A stretch of DNA of 64,000 nucleotides from the human T2T-CHM13v2.0 reference genome, Homo sapiens, in assembly GCF_009914755.1 (NCBI RefSeq), contig NC_060926.1, one strand, 5' to 3'. The translations under genes were made by a program, and so were the position numbers. Under the pieces are notes generated by a model that was not told the DNA's origin, ran no database searches, and worked only from the letters and a program-made list of their open reading frames with translations. Positions 28,151-43,608 of the stretch are shown here, one piece after another. Position 1 is the first letter of the stretch. Each line of letters begins with the position of its first letter.

Positions 28151-28778
28151 AAAAAGTCAGAAAATAACAGATGTTGGCAAGGTTGTGGGGAAAAGGGAAC
28201 ACTTATACACTGGTGGTGAGAATGGATATTAGTTCAGCCACTGTGGAAGGCAGTTTGAAGATTTCTCAGAATAAATGAAAACAGAACTACCATTTGACCC
28301 AGCAATCCCAATACTGGGTATATATCCAAAGGACTATAAATCATTCTACCAAAAAGACACATGCACGCATATGTTCATTGCAGCACTATTCACAATAGCA
28401 ATGGCATGCAATCAACCTAGATGTCCATTAATGGCTGACTGGATAAAGAAAATGTGGTACATATATGCTAGGGAACATTACACAGCCATAAATAAGAACA
28501 AAAGCATGTCCTTTGAAGCAACATGGGTGCTTCAGAGAAAATACCATTCAACAAAGTTTCAGTAATATTCGAGCTATTTTGTGGATAATGCACAACTTTT
28601 GTACCTTAAGGCATCGTTCAATTCTGTTTAAGAATAAATTGTTTTTGAGCTGCCTATTAGATTTCAAGCCTGACTTTAGATTTGGGAGATATATATATAT
28701 ATATATATATATGACGGTTTCTGTTCTAGAGGAGCAGACAGTCTGTTAGGCCAGACACAGTTGAATAGCAATATATTA

Positions 28779-29231
<453 letters not shown>

Positions 29232-29369
29232 CTAAGTAGGTGAGAGCTGAAATGGGTTTTGTAAAATAAAAGGAAATTCACCAGGAAGATAAAGGTAAAG
29301 GACTGAGGACATGTGAGGCATGTAAAATTAATATGATCTTTTAGTCACTTAGAAAAAATACCATAAAGA

Positions 29370-29610
29370 ACACTAATAGTGTTTAAAAGCATCTACCCAG
29401 TGCCAAGAACTGCATTATGTATTGGTGAACATAACTTTAGACTTTACCATACAACGTGAAAATATATATTATTATCACTATTTTACAGATGAAGCAATAA
29501 AAGTCAGAAAAAATGTAGCTAATTAAAGTGATACTGTGTATAGCTAGAGCAGTGTATAGCTAGAGCTGATTTGTCTGACTCTAGCCCTAGTTTCTTTCCA
29601 TTATATCAAT
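29370..29610 (-). mobile_element. MIR
   Basis: ATTTTACAGATGAAG...GTCTGACTCTAG core. Confidence 0.6.
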
Positions 29611-30086
29611 TTCCTGGAAATGTATCTCTGTTCATGGCATAGTGCCTGACACTATGCTTATTAATATCTTTTGAATAAAAGAACCACTGAGTGATTTGAA
29701 ATAAAACTAAATTTAGTTAGTTAATTTTATTGGTGGTATATAGAGATAGTAGGAAAAATAATTGAAAAGAGACATAAGCAGATTTGCCAATACTTTCTAA
29801 GAAAAATTATGGAACTAGAGTTTAGTCAAAATGAATGCTTTCATTGTTAGAATTCAACTTTAATCTTTGCAGAATACAAACAAAGACCCATTTTCTAGAA
29901 GAAGTAACAGGGAAGAGAGAGTAAGAAAGAGATAATGATGAACATTGTCTAATGTTACAGCATAATCTAGTAAGGTAAGAACAGAAGAGAGTTCATTGAC
30001 TTACCAACATAGTTGTCCCTAATCACCTCTGTGAACCTAGAGTGCTACGATATAATAATGATTGTGGTGGTTTAAAAAGTAAATGG

Positions 30087-30380
30087 GGCTGGGCATGGTG
30101 GCTCACATCTGTAATCCCATCACTTTGGAAGGCTGAGGCAGGTGTATTGCTTGAGCTCACAAGCTCGACACCAGCCTGGGCAACATGGCAAAACCCCGTC
30201 TCTACAAAAAATACAAAAATTAACCAGGCATGGTGGTGCGTTTGTGTAGTTCCAGCTACTTGGAAGGCTGAGGTGGGGGGATTGCTTGAGCCTGGGAAGT
30301 GGAGGCTGCATGAGCCAAGGTGGCACCACTGCACTCCAACCTGCGTGACAGAGCCAGATCTTGTCTCAAAAAAATAAAAA
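30087..30380 (+). mobile_element. AluJ
   Basis: TTGCTTGAGC diagnostics. Confidence 0.9.
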
Positions 30381-31484
30381 AATTAAGGTACATTTTATAT
30401 ATGAGACTATGAGACCGCCAAATGATATTTCTCAGCCAACAGCCTTCACAGACATTTGTCTTAGAGCCGATTTGGCTACTTTGTGTTGCCAGTATGCTGT
30501 TGTAAGAAAGCACAGGAATGCTTGTAAAGAAGAAAAGAATTGGTATCATGGTCCTGAAAAAAGTTATTTCCTCAAGGAATAAAAATAGCAAAAGAAATGA
30601 CGTAATTTCTCAGCTTCTGATATGTTTCAAATAACCTCAGTGAAGTCCTAGGGGAAATAGCTTATATCATATGTCTTACTCCTTAGGATTTTTGCTATAG
30701 AGGAAAAAGTGTGAAGTTTTCTTAATTTAATGTTTTATACATATTTGCTTGGTGTACCTGGACCTTACAAAGTGGATACTCTTTAGAAAGTGATGAATAT
30801 TTTCACTTTTAAAAGGTTTCAGAGTTTAAAAAGGTTAAAAAGAATCATTCATAAAAGTTTAAAAACAACTTCATCAAGGGTTTCCCTTTTGCCAAGTTAT
30901 AAGTTTAAAATGAGAGAATGAATTTGGTTATTAACAGGGTTACCACCAGGCCTGAATGTAAATTAAACCTTTGCCAATAGAAGTGAAACAGAAAGAATCA
31001 ACCAACAATTTTATGAATTACAGACCTCATACACATTAAAACTTCTACATATGTAGTTATGCTTCAGTGAAACCCTTTACATTGTAGTTATGCTTCAATG
31101 AAACCCTTTATATTAAAATAATCATCACGTATTTGACCATATGAAAATAGTTTACATCTACCACATTTGGTTTATCTTGGCCAAAAACAATTAATCCTTA
31201 GAAAATCTACTATATGAATAACTCAATAATAATCAAAGCATTTGAATTAGAAATAGGATCAAACACACTTTTTTGAATGAATGCCTAATTTTTATTTCTC
31301 AGTGGAAATGCTAGAGCATATCCAATATTCACTAGTGAAAAAGGCTATTTTCCATGAAGCCCATGAGAAGATGACATAAGTTAAACTTGTCCAATTCCTT
31401 TTCAGGGATAGCATCAAGAAATTGTCTTTACCCCTATAAACTGAAGCATTTGAAAATCAGTAATATTAACTGAGCAAAATAACT

Positions 31485-32595
31485 TGTGGCAACAGGTATC
31501 AGTCTGGGACACAATCAAGATACAGAAACCGGGCCGGGCGCGGTGGCTCACGCCTGTAATCCCAGCACTTTGGGAGGCCGAGGCGGGTGGATCACGAGGT
31601 CAGGAGATCGAGACCATCCTGGCTAACACGGTGAAAACCCGTCTCTACTAAAAATACAAAAAATGAGCCGGGCTGGGTGGCAAGTGCCTGTAGTCCCAGC
31701 TACTCAGGAGGCTAAGGCAGGAGAATGGCGTGAACCTGGAAAGCGGAGCTTGCAGTGAGCCCAGATTGCGCCACTGTGCTCCAGCCTGGGCGATAGAGCG
31801 AGACTCCGTCTCAAAACAAAAACAAAAACAAACAAAAAAAGATACAGAAACCACATGCTAATTTAAACAGAGAAAGTTTAATATATGAAGAATTATTAAG
31901 TACTGATAGGAGAGTAACCATAAAGATGTAAGAGAATCTAAAGGGTATCCTGGAGCTAAGGTAGAGGACTCAAAGAAGAGTGAACTGGAAGGATTTCCCA
32001 TCCCAAGGTTGGGGTCCAAACTTCATTGGGAAAAGTGTGGTGGAAGCCCTCTTTCTCTACAGCAGAATAGTTTGCTGGGGTGTCCTGGCCGGAGCTCTGG
32101 TCCACAGTTGGGCTACTGTTGGGCAAGCAGAAACAATTCTTTAGGGCACAGGTGAGCTAAGGTTGGTGGGTGGGCCTTCAGAAGGAGTGCGGCACTGAAG
32201 TGAGGATGTGTCTGTGTTGGCAGTGTGCGGTGTCAGTGCTGGGAGAACTGTGGCAAAGTGGTCACTAGGCCCTTATATAGAGGCTGTGAAGTCACCAACA
32301 GACTGCCCCATCTGGGCATGTGGCTGGGGAAAAACACCACCAGATGTCATTACACAAGCACGTTGCCAATGGTCCATTGCTAATGGTCCACATTGCTAAT
32401 GATCGAAGTAAAATCAAAATGTAGCATTAGAACCAGGAAGAGAAGCCCCTTCCTCCTGCAGTGACCCTTCACTGCCCTCTACTGACAAAGAGTAACGTTA
32501 TGCTCACGGTCTAAGAAAAATGCTTTAAGTGCCCAATACACTATTTCTGGTTAGCTACCAAAGAGAGCTAAGAGGCAATACACTGGTAACTGTCA
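31485..32595. mobile_element. Ancient LTR (family uncertain) interrupted by AluY
   Basis: GC-richer block with AGAAACCAC...GTTTAATAT...GCCCCTTCCTCCTGCAGTG typical of old LTRs. Confidence 0.45.
31532..31838 (+). mobile_element. AluY
   Basis: CpG-rich; 14-bp TSD AAGATACAGAAACC. Confidence 0.95.
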
Positions 32596-33319
32596 TGTCT
32601 TGTACATGAATATCATTATTCATGTTTTTTTAAAATCACAGACTATACTTCTTAACAGCTACATACATTTTATTTATATTCATCAGAAACTTACTGCTTA
32701 TTCTTTGCCCTTAACTACTTGTATAGACCAACATGGAACCAAATTTGCTGTCATATAGGCTGTTGATCTCTTCATCCACTAGCACTTTTCTGAAACAAAA
32801 AGCAAGTAATCTTCGAATTCACATAAGCATTTATCTGCAACTCTGGTGTTACTTGACGACTGACTTCTACCTCCCAGTATATTTGCTTGTGAATATGTCT
32901 TGTTTTTTGCTTTAGTCCATAAGCACCTTGAGAGCAGCATTTACCTTTGCATTCTTCACTGTATCGTGCAAAGTACTTTACCCATAACAGTCACACAATA
33001 GTTGCTGAATTAATTAATAAAATATTTGGAATAACAACACCTAAGAGTGAGAGGTTACAAAACACGATAGTTCAAAATTCAACAGTTATAAAAAAAAATC
33101 AAAAGTTAAAATACAGAATATGTTACAGTATTGAACATTGTATGGTAAATGTAATTTACTGGAAAGTATGAATTTTATAGTGATCACATACTTTTCTTAA
33201 TATTTAGATATCTGACACATGTAAAGTAGCAATAGTTCTTATTCTGAACCATTCTTGAATAAATAAGAAGAGAACACAACTTGGCTAACAATTTTTATCA
33301 ATTCAGCTTTGGGTGCTAA

Positions 33320-34550
33320 CATAATTTAATTGGGAAAGAATAATCATTTCAGCAACTAGTACTAGAAAAACCAGATATCCACATGCAAAAGGAAGGATTT
33401 GAAACTGTGGATAACAATGTACAAAGATTAATTCAAAATTAATCATAAATTTAAACGTAAGAACTAAAACTATAATTCTTTAAAAATATGAGTAAATATG
33501 GTGCACATAGATAAGGTAATAATTTCTTGGCTGCAACACCAAATGCATAAGTGGTCAAAAGAGAACATTGATAAATTGTACTTCATAAAAAATCATTTGC
33601 CCTTCAAAAGACAACATCAAAAAATGAAGACAACCCACAGATTGAAAGAACGTATTTGCAAATCATATATCTGATAAGCGATTGTATCTGGCATATATAT
33701 ATATATTTTAAAACTCTTACAAGTCAATAATAAAAAACCCCAAAGAACCTAACTATAAAAATAGGCAGAAGATTTGGGTAGATACTTGTCCAAAGAAGAT
33801 AAATGACTAATCAACGAGCACATCAGATGCTCAACATCATTAATCATGAAGGAAATGCAAATAAAAAACCCAATGAGACATCACGTCACACACACTGGAA
33901 TGACTATAATAATAATTAAAAAAACAGATAATCACAAGTGTTGGGAAGGATATAGAGAAACTGGAACCCTCATATATTGTTAGTAGGAATGTAAAATGGT
34001 ACAGCCATTTGGAAATACACTGGCAGTGTCTTACAATGTTAAACATAGATTCATTATATGACCCAGTAATTTCATTCCTAGGTATCTAATCAAGGTAAAT
34101 GAAAACATGTATCCATATGAAGACTTATATGGACATGTTCATAGCAGCCTTATTAACAATAGCCCAAAAGTGGAAAGCACCCAAATGTCCATTAGCTGGT
34201 AAATGGATAAACAAAATGTGGTATATCCATATAAGGGAGTATGATTGGTCAATTAAAATGAATGAATACTGAAACATGCTGTTAGGTGAGTGAATCTCAA
34301 AGATATTATGTTAAGTGAAAGAAGAAAGTCACAAAAGATGACACATTGCATGATTCTATTCATATAAAATGTCTAGAATAAGCAAATGTACAGAGACAGC
34401 AAATAGTGATTGCCTAGGACTGGGAGTGGGAATAGAGAGTGACTACAAGTGGGCATCAAGTTTCTTTTTAGCTCAATGGAAATGTTCTAAAATGAGATTG
34501 TAATGATTGCTGCACAACTCTATAAATATACAAAAAAGCACTGAACTAAC
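33320..34550 (+). mobile_element. L1M (L1MB-like) 3' portion
   Basis: ORF2 C-terminal and 3'UTR motifs (GAGAAACTGGAACCCTCATAT, GATTGCCTAGGACTGGG). Confidence 0.8.
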
Positions 34551-35489
34551 AAGGAGCTAAAACTACAATGATAGTCATGTAAGCAGTGATAATTATTTGA
34601 TTCCCTTCTTTTTCTGTTTGAATCAGAATGCCTTGACAATTTTTTATTCTTTTCTCTTCTATAGGATTTCAAGGAGTTTAGAACTTTACAGAAATAATAA
34701 CAAAAATTACAGCATTTGATTAATAAATACATCTTTTAGTAATTTTCTTTTTGCCTAAAGTCAAGAATAATTGTTCATCTTAGTATGTTTATTAACTACT
34801 CTTGGTGTTATGTTGGGCGTTATAATAAAGAAAAATCTTTGTTTCAAAATTTAGGTTGGAATTTTGGATCCTACTCTGACTAACTAGGTACACTACTGAA
34901 TTTACATCAAGATAACAGTACAGATAGATAAGAACATTGATTTCCTTAAGATCAGTAATTTGAAGCTTAAACATAGTATGCAACACATTGAGAGTCTCAA
35001 AGAAGTAACAAGTGCCATCTTTAGAAAATATTTTATATACTTGGTGTGGTCTTATCATAAGAAGTATATACATACATACCTTGACATATTGTACTTTGCT
35101 TTATTGTGCTTCACAGATACAGTTTTTCACAAATTGAAAGTTTGTGGCAACCCTACATCCAGCAAGTCAATTTTGGTGCCATTTTTCCAACAGCATGTGC
35201 TCACTTCGTGTATCTGTGTCACATTTTGGTAATTCTTGCAATATTTCAAACTTTTTCACTATTATTATATCTGTTATGGTGACCTGTGATCAGTAATATT
35301 TAATGTCACTTTAGTAATTGCTTGGGGATGGCAAGAACTGCACCCAAATAAGAGTGAACTTAATTGGTGTTACGTCTGCTCTGACTGCTCCACCAACATG
35401 CTGTTCCCGTCTCTCTTCCTCTCCTTGGGCTTCCCAGTTCCTTGAGACACAAGAATATTGAAATTATTCCAATCAATAACCCTACTATG

Positions 35490-35812
35490 TGGGTGGTGGG
35501 GAGGTGGGAATGATTAATGGGTATAAAAATGTAGTTAGATAGAATAAGATCCAGAAATGTAGTTAAATAGAATAAGATCTAGTAACACAACAGTTATCAC
35601 AGTCAACAATAATTTATTCTATATTGAAAAATAGCTAAAAGAGTATAATTGGAATGTTTGTAACACAAAGTAATGATAAATGCTTGAGGGGACACATACC
35701 CCATTTACTCTCATGTGATTATTGCATATGATACGCCTGTATCAAAACATCTCATGTAACCCATAAAGGTATACACCTACTATGTAGCCATACAAATAAA
35801 AAAAATTTTTTT
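35490..35812 (+). mobile_element. L1MA 3'UTR fragment inserted in Tigger1
   Basis: L1MA-type 3' end with AATAAA and A-tail; TSD CCCTAC(T/A)ATG. Confidence 0.8.
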
Positions 35813-36342
35813 TTAATCCCTACAATGGCCTTTAAGTGTTCAAGTCAAAGGAAGAATTGAATGTTTCTCACTTTAAATTAAAAGCTAGAAATAATTAAGC
35901 TTTGTGAGGAAGACATGTTGAAACCTAGATAGGCCAAATGCTAGGCCTCATGAACCAAACAGTTAGCCGAGTTGTGAATGAAAAAGAAATATTCTTAAAT
36001 ATTCTTGAAGGAAATTAAAAGTGCTACTCCAGTGAACACAAAAATGATAAGAAAGTAAAATGGCTTTATTGCTGATATGAAGAAAGTCCGAACAAAAGAT
36101 TGAACCAGCCATAACATTCCCTTGAGCCAAAGCCTAATTCAGAGCAAGGCTCTAACTCTCTTGAACTCTGTGAAGGCTGAGAGAGGTAAGAAAGCTACAG
36201 AAGAAAAGTTTGAAGTTAGCAGAGTTTGGTTTATGAGGTTTAAGGAAAGAAGCTGCCTCCATAAAATTAAAGTGCAAGGTTAAGCAGTAGGTACTGGTGT
36301 AGAAGCTGCAGCAAGTTATCCAGAAGATCTAGCTAAGATCAT

Positions 36343-36709
36343 TGATATGGTTTGGCTATGTCCCCACCCAAATCTCATCTTGAATTGTAGCTCCCATAAT
36401 TCCCACATGTCATGGGAGGAACCCAGTGGGAGGTAATTGAATCATGGGGGCAGGTCCTTCTCATGCTGATCTTGTGGTAGTGAATAAGTCTCAGGAGATC
36501 TGATGGTTTTATAAAGGGGAGTTGCTCTACACAAACTTTCTTTGCCTGCCACCATGTAAAACATCCCTTTGCTCCTCCTTCATCTTCCACCATGATTGTT
36601 TGAGGCCTCCCTAGCCATGTGGAACTGTGAGTCCGTTAAACTGCTTTCCTTTATAAATTAGCCAGTCTCGGGTATGTCTTTATTAGTAGGGTGAGAACAG
36701 ACTAATACA
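36343..36709 (+). mobile_element. THE1 solo LTR inserted in Tigger1
   Basis: TGATATGGTTTGGCT...GACTAATACA; TSD ATCAT. Confidence 0.93.
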
Positions 36710-39324
36710 ATCATTGATGAAGGTGACTACACTAAACAACAGATTTTCAATATAGATGAAACAGCCTTATATTAAAAGAAGATGCCATCTAGGACTTTCA
36801 TAGCTAGAGAGGAGAAGTCAATGCTTGGCTTTAAAGCTTCACAGAATAGGTTCAGTCTCTTGTTAGGAGCTAATGTCACCAGTGACTTTAAGTTGAAGCC
36901 AATTTTCATTTACTAGTCAAAAAAATCCTAGGGCCCTTAAGAAGTATGCTAAATATACTCTGCCTGTGCTCTATAAGTAGAACAGCAAAGCCTGAATGGC
37001 AGCACATCTGTTTACAGCATGCTTTATTGAATGTTTTAAGCCTGCTATTGAGACCTACTGCTCAGAAAAAAAAAAAAGATTCCATTCAAAATATTACTGC
37101 TGACTGACAATGTTGCAAAGAGCTCTGATGGAGATGTACAAGGAGATTAATGTTATTTTCATGCCTGATAGCACAACACGCACTCTGCAGCTCATGGATT
37201 GAGGAATAATTTTTATTTTCAAGTCTTATTATTTAAGACATACATTTTATAAGACTATAGCTGCTATAGAGAGTGATTCCTCTGATGGATCTGAGCAAAG
37301 TAAATTGAAAATCATCTGGATAAAATTCACCATCTTAGATCCCATTAAGAACATTTGTAATTCATGGGAGGAGGTAAAAATATCCATATGAACAGGAGTT
37401 TGGAAGAAATCGATTCCAACTTTCATGGATGACTTTGAGGGGTACAAGATTCAGTGGAAGAAGTAACTGTAAATGTGGCAGAAATAGCAAGAGAACTAGA
37501 ATTAGAATGCAGCCTGAAGATGTGACTGAATTGCTGCAATGTCATGATAAAACCTTAAGAGAGGAGGAGTTGCTTCTTATAGACGAGCAAAGAAAGTGAT
37601 TTCTTGAAATAGAACCTACTCCTGGTGAAGATGCTGAGGACATTGTTGAAATGACAAAAAAGGATTTAGATATTACATAAATTTATTTGATAAAGCAGTG
37701 GCAGGGCTTGAAAGCATTGACTCCAATTTTGAAACAAGTTATACTGTGGGTAAAATGCTATCAAACAGCATCACATACTACAGAGGAATCTTTTGTGAAA
37801 GGAAGATCAATCAACGTGGCAAACTTCATTGTTGTTTTATTGTAAGAAATTGTCACAGTCATCTCAACCTTCAGCAACTACCACCCTGATCAGTCAGCAT
37901 CCATCAACATCAAAGCGAGACTCTCCACCAGCAAAAAGATTATATGACTCACTGAAGGCTCAGATGACTGTTAGCATTTTTTAGCAATAAAGCATTTTTA
38001 AATTAAGGTATGCACTTTTTTTCAACATAATACTATCACATACCTAATAGACTATAGTATGGTGTAAACATAACTTTTATATGCACTGGGAAATCAAAAC
38101 ACTTGTGTGACTCACTTTATTGCAATATTGGCTTTTTTGTGGTGGGCTGGAACCAAATGTGTAATATCTCTGAGGTGTGCCTGTATTTGGTCTTAGTCCT
38201 TGCTGCCTGGCACAGAGCTCCTATAACCCTTGTTATTTCCTGATTAATATTGGTGATAGCAGCATCTTTCTTATATTTGGCCTTAGTTCCATTTTCTGAC
38301 ATAAGAGCTTCTATAATCTTTAGAATCTCTGGAGTGCCTTTTTGTATGCTAATGAGATGACAAGTGGCTGAGGGCCCCTACATAGCTTCAGGATTGAGGC
38401 TAGTCACTAGAAAGACCTGCATCTGCAAGGGATGGGCTAGGGGTTGAAGATTAAGCTAATCACCAATGGTCAATGATTTAATCAATTATGCCTACATAAT
38501 GAGACCTCCATAAAAACTCTAAATTATGGAGTTTGGATAGCTTCTCCTACCCTATACTTTCTGCTATATGTCTCTTCCAGGCTGTTCCTTTACAATAAAC
38601 TGGAAATAGTAAGCTCTTAAATTCTGTGAGCTGTTGTAGCACATTATTGAACTGGAGGATTTATAGCTGGTCAGTCAGAAGTTCCAGAGGCCTGGGTCTT
38701 GCAACTGATGTTTGAAGTGGGGCAGTTTTGTGAGACTGAGCCATTGACTTGTGGTATCTGAGGATAATGCCAAGTTATTATTGAATTGAATTGTGGGACA
38801 CTCAACTGGCTGTCAGACAATTGAGTGGTGAGGGAAAAACAGAAACAAAAACAAAAACAAAACGACCCACATATTTGATGTCAGAAGTGGTGTGGTTAAA
38901 ACAGTAGTACGTGGCTTTTTTTTAAATTTAGAATCTAAGTACTTAAGAGTAGATATCTTGGCACCTAGTATTAAATATACTAGGTTCTCAATACATATTG
39001 TTAAATGAATGACTAGTAAATGAAAAAAGAATGAGAAAATTATTTCTTGCTCTGACCAACTTCCTGACTGTTTTACTCTAAGTCCCAATAAATATGAATA
39101 TTACCATAATAGCTAAAAGAATGCTATTGATTAAAATGTTTCCTGTCATTTGTCTTTTAGCTTGAACAACCGATATATATACTAATCATAAATATAAAAT
39201 AAAATAACAGGTGTGCTATAATTTTAAACAGCTACTTTTAAAGTTTTGAAATTGTAGATTACCCTCTGAGAATTAGATGCATACACCAAGGTTATTGCTA
39301 GAGGGCAAGAATTACTACACTTTA

Positions 39325-39530
39325 AGATAAAACACAATGGAGACTTGGAAGGGTAGTAGGTGCAAGGTGGGTGGATGATAGGAGGTTGCTTGGTGGATAC
39401 AATGCACATTGCTCCAGTGATGGATGCACTGAAGGCCGTAACTTCACCAAAATGCAATATATCAATGTAGCAAAATTGCACTTGTACCCCACAAATATAC
39501 AAAAATTTTTAAAATTGATAAAATAATAAT
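39325..39530 (+). mobile_element. L1 3' end fragment
   Basis: GGAGACTTGGAAGGG...GCACTTGTACCCC plus A-rich tail. Confidence 0.75.
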
Positions 39531-40715
39531 TAAAATTGTTTTTCACACTCTAATGTTACCTTGGTTTGAGATATAATGTGATCCTTGGATCTCATGGAGA
39601 ATATTAATAATTCTCTTTCTTAGATAATAACAAACCTGTAACTATTCATATTTGAAAAATAAATAAGAACTTTAAAACTGTTACCACTTCCTTACCTCCC
39701 TTCCAGCTATCATATTATTTAGTATGCTCATCAAAGACAGATTTTAATGTATATTTTAAATTTCTTAAAAAGTTTGTATCAAGAACTCTAAGAAGAAAGT
39801 TGTTTTCTGCTGTAAAGTGGTAGAAAAATCAGAAATTAGTTAAACAATGCAATGATTTTCAGAGAGTTGTTCAATGTTAATATATAAATTATTTTGTGCC
39901 TGTTTCTGAAAGCAGGAAAACATCTGAGAGTATTAAAGAACTAGCCCAAATGGGTTCATTTTGAACAAATGATGAGAGAAGGAGAGAGTGAATGAAAGTA
40001 GTGAGCCAAGCTCTTTGTGTGATTCCTACTCCCAGTGAGGACCAGAAGGGAGAATCAAAAAGAAAGAGAACAAGCCCAGTGCAAGAAACCATGCACTGGA
40101 ATTGTTTCCTTCAGATTTAAGTGTTAATTGACTATATCTTGTGTGTACTGCATGGACTTTGTTGGCCTTCTGTTTTCCTTAATCAAGAAAACCCTAAGTT
40201 TTGGGCTCTGTTTATACAACAGATGATCTTTTGGCTATTAATAAAAATGTAAAATTCTTGGTATTTTTAATGTGTTATTTAAATTTACTTCAAAAGTAAT
40301 GATGCAACTAACATGAAATAAAATTTCCATGATTATCAGAATAATTAAATAAATGTAAAACTACAAGGAAATATTATGAAGCCATTAATATTATACTTTT
40401 GAACTATTCTGATGGCATTAAAAAATGTTTAAGATGTAATATGTGCTACAAAATTGAAAACACCATAGGAATCCCATTATTCAAACAGGAAGAGAAATGG
40501 TTTAGAGCAAAATATTAACATGTTAAAAGCAATATTTTATTATTGTGGGGAAAATCACATAGATTATGAGATCACAAATATTATTTTCTTCTTTATGCTT
40601 TTCTAAATATTCTGTTTTCTATAATATCAATGCATTCCATAACTATAAAATATAGTACTTGAATAATTTGCTAATAATTAGACTCAAGCAAAGACCAAAG
40701 AATGCCTCAAAATGA

Positions 40716-41018
<303 letters not shown>

Positions 41019-42399
41019 TCAAAATGATAAAAGGAGAAGTAATCAAATTTCTCAGACATTGAATAAGTAAAAACAGCTAACAGTAATAATTTGAAGAAAA
41101 AATGCATTCAGAATTACTTTGAAAAGCAGTGCTTAATCATAGTATATATAAGTAGTTCAATACTCATAGTATATATGAGTTTAGAATAGGAGTTTGGGAC
41201 TTGCATAAGAAATAAAAGAATTATTTAAATTATTATATGCTTCAAGCATATTTCTACAAAAACAGTATTTGCGAAAGCATCCTATAAAATGTAAAACTGT
41301 CAGGTATTAATATTAAAGGTAACCCTAAAAATGTTTTTGTTTTGTTTCATTTTCATTTAACAATTTCTATTGAGAACCTAGACACCGAAAACGGAAGTAG
41401 GCAGTGGCAATGAGACTTAGTCACATCAGACAATATGCTGCACCATATTGCAAAGAAGGTACAGTATAGCAGAGGAAGACAGGGGAATAAGCACAATAAA
41501 GTGCAGTGGGAGAGATGATAGAAATGTATACAGGACCTAGGCACAACACAAAAGGAAATTAATCATACTTGGGGAAGAAGAGGTCGTGGCTATTCACCAA
41601 ATAAAGAAGCAGTAGCAAAGACCTAGAGATAGAAACAGCTTTAGGTCTTCACAGAAATGCAATTAGTTCTTTCTGAAGGACTAATGGTAAGGTAGATCGA
41701 CCATGGGGTAAGAAATAAACCTGGACAGCTCATGAAAGCCAGCCATGCTGAATAACTGAATAGCTTTTACTCCAGGATATAACTTACAGTCTTAAAAAGT
41801 AGAGATGTGGCCCACATGTTTGAAAGGTCACTGGTGGTAGTATGGAGATCAGGTTCTAATTGAGGGAAGGGAGTGGGTGAACATTTAGAAAAAGACCAAT
41901 AGAAACTTCTTACATTGGTTTAGGTGAGGAAAGATGAAAGTCCTAACAAGAGTATTAGAACATTTATATTTTATAATCCTCTGATTTGCTTTGCAACAAT
42001 TTTTACTCACTTTATACAGAACTTACTGAACTAAACTGATATGTGCAGCTCATATTACAGTAATGAAAAATGTACTAACTTGTGTAATGTGACAAATATC
42101 TTCTCTATCCTGCATAATTCTGGGCGACTCAATTATCTGCATTATAATAATCTCAACTAATACAGTGCAACAAACTTAATCTGAATAATTTATCAGATAA
42201 TCTGATAATTCATCAGATTCAGTGTCCCAGAATCTGATGAATTATCAAATTCATCCTTGTCATAATTTTTTTGTCTCAAGACTCCTTTTGATTGTTAATA
42301 TTATTGAGGAAACAAAAAATTCTTCTTTATAATGAGTTCAATGTGTTGCCATTTACCATGTTAGAAAGCAGAAAAATCACAAGCACATCAATTAATAAA

Positions 42400-43280
42400 T
42401 TTATAAATTATAATCATAAATCACATGTCAACAAAATAAATTTCAAGTGAAAATAACCATATTTCTAAAAGAAAAAGATCTAATGGGATGAGTGCTTGGC
42501 TAAGTTATGCAGGTCTTCAAAATATTGGAAGATTTCATTATTCATCTGTTAATATTACCACTAATCACATCAGAAACCCTGTAAGTTTTGAGAAGCTGTT
42601 GAGCTCATGGTGGCAGATACATCTTTTTCAAAATAATAATTTTCTCTTGAAAGGCCAAATTTTGTCACTGACAACAAATATTGTCAAATGTATTTTTAAA
42701 ATGACAGTCTCCATTTATTTTCAAAAATTTGTCTTTTCAATATCTGTTTGAATAATCACAATTTGTCTCTCAGTCATTTTTTCAAATAAAAATAGTATTC
42801 TATGGAAGTACAGCTAGTTTAGCTTGCAACTCAAACAACTACACAAGTGCTTTACCTTAAGACAACCAGCATTATTGTTGATATACAGCAGATGTTAATC
42901 ATGTATACTTTCCATTTCTTCATGTATACTGAATATTAAAAATATGTGTACTTAATGGTATAGATTAAATAAAATTAATTTCTAGTGTTTCGTCAAAGAC
43001 ATTCTTTTAGTGCAACTGGCTTTAATTTTATTCATTTATTTATTTACTTATTTTTACTGGGAATGAATTACAGTGAAGAATACAATGACAGTATAGTTTG
43101 TTGTCACTGTCTTGATAAGTGTTAAGGCTAGGGGTTTCATTGTTCTTCCAAATGTCAACACAGTGAAAAAGGTAAATAATGTTTTTGTATCATTATGAAA
43201 ATAGTTTGGACCTGATGAATCATTTAAAAAGTCTCAAGGGAATGCAAGAGCATCTGTGGACCACATTTTGAAAATAACTG
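42400..43280. mobile_element. Charlie-type hAT fragment
   Basis: GAGAAGCTGTTGAGCTCATGGTGGCAGATAC...GGACCACATTTTGAAAATAACTG. Confidence 0.6.
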
Positions 43281-43304
43281 CTAAAATCACATTAAGAATT
43301 TTTT

Positions 43305-43608
<304 letters not shown>

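Larger units (their letters stand above)
35071..38183 (+). mobile_element. Near full-length Tigger1 DNA transposon, decayed transposase
   Basis: TA-flanked TIRs CATACATACC.../...GAGGTGTGCCTG; transposase start ATGGCCTTTAAGTGTTCAAG at 35825. Confidence 0.92.
35045..38905 (+). mobile_element. MER21-like LTR split by Tigger1
   Basis: ...ATAAGAAGTATA[Tigger1]TATTTGGTCTTAGTCC...CCTGGCACAGAGCTCCT...TGTCAGAAGTG. Confidence 0.6.

Noticed and set aside
31051-31114. Small two-copy tandem duplications (also ~8128-8178, 29536-29567, 35527-35582, 56953-56987)
   Set aside because: Ordinary slippage duplications with no further structure.
35825-37890. Functional or domesticated Tigger transposase
   Set aside because: Many stops and frameshifts plus a THE1 insertion.
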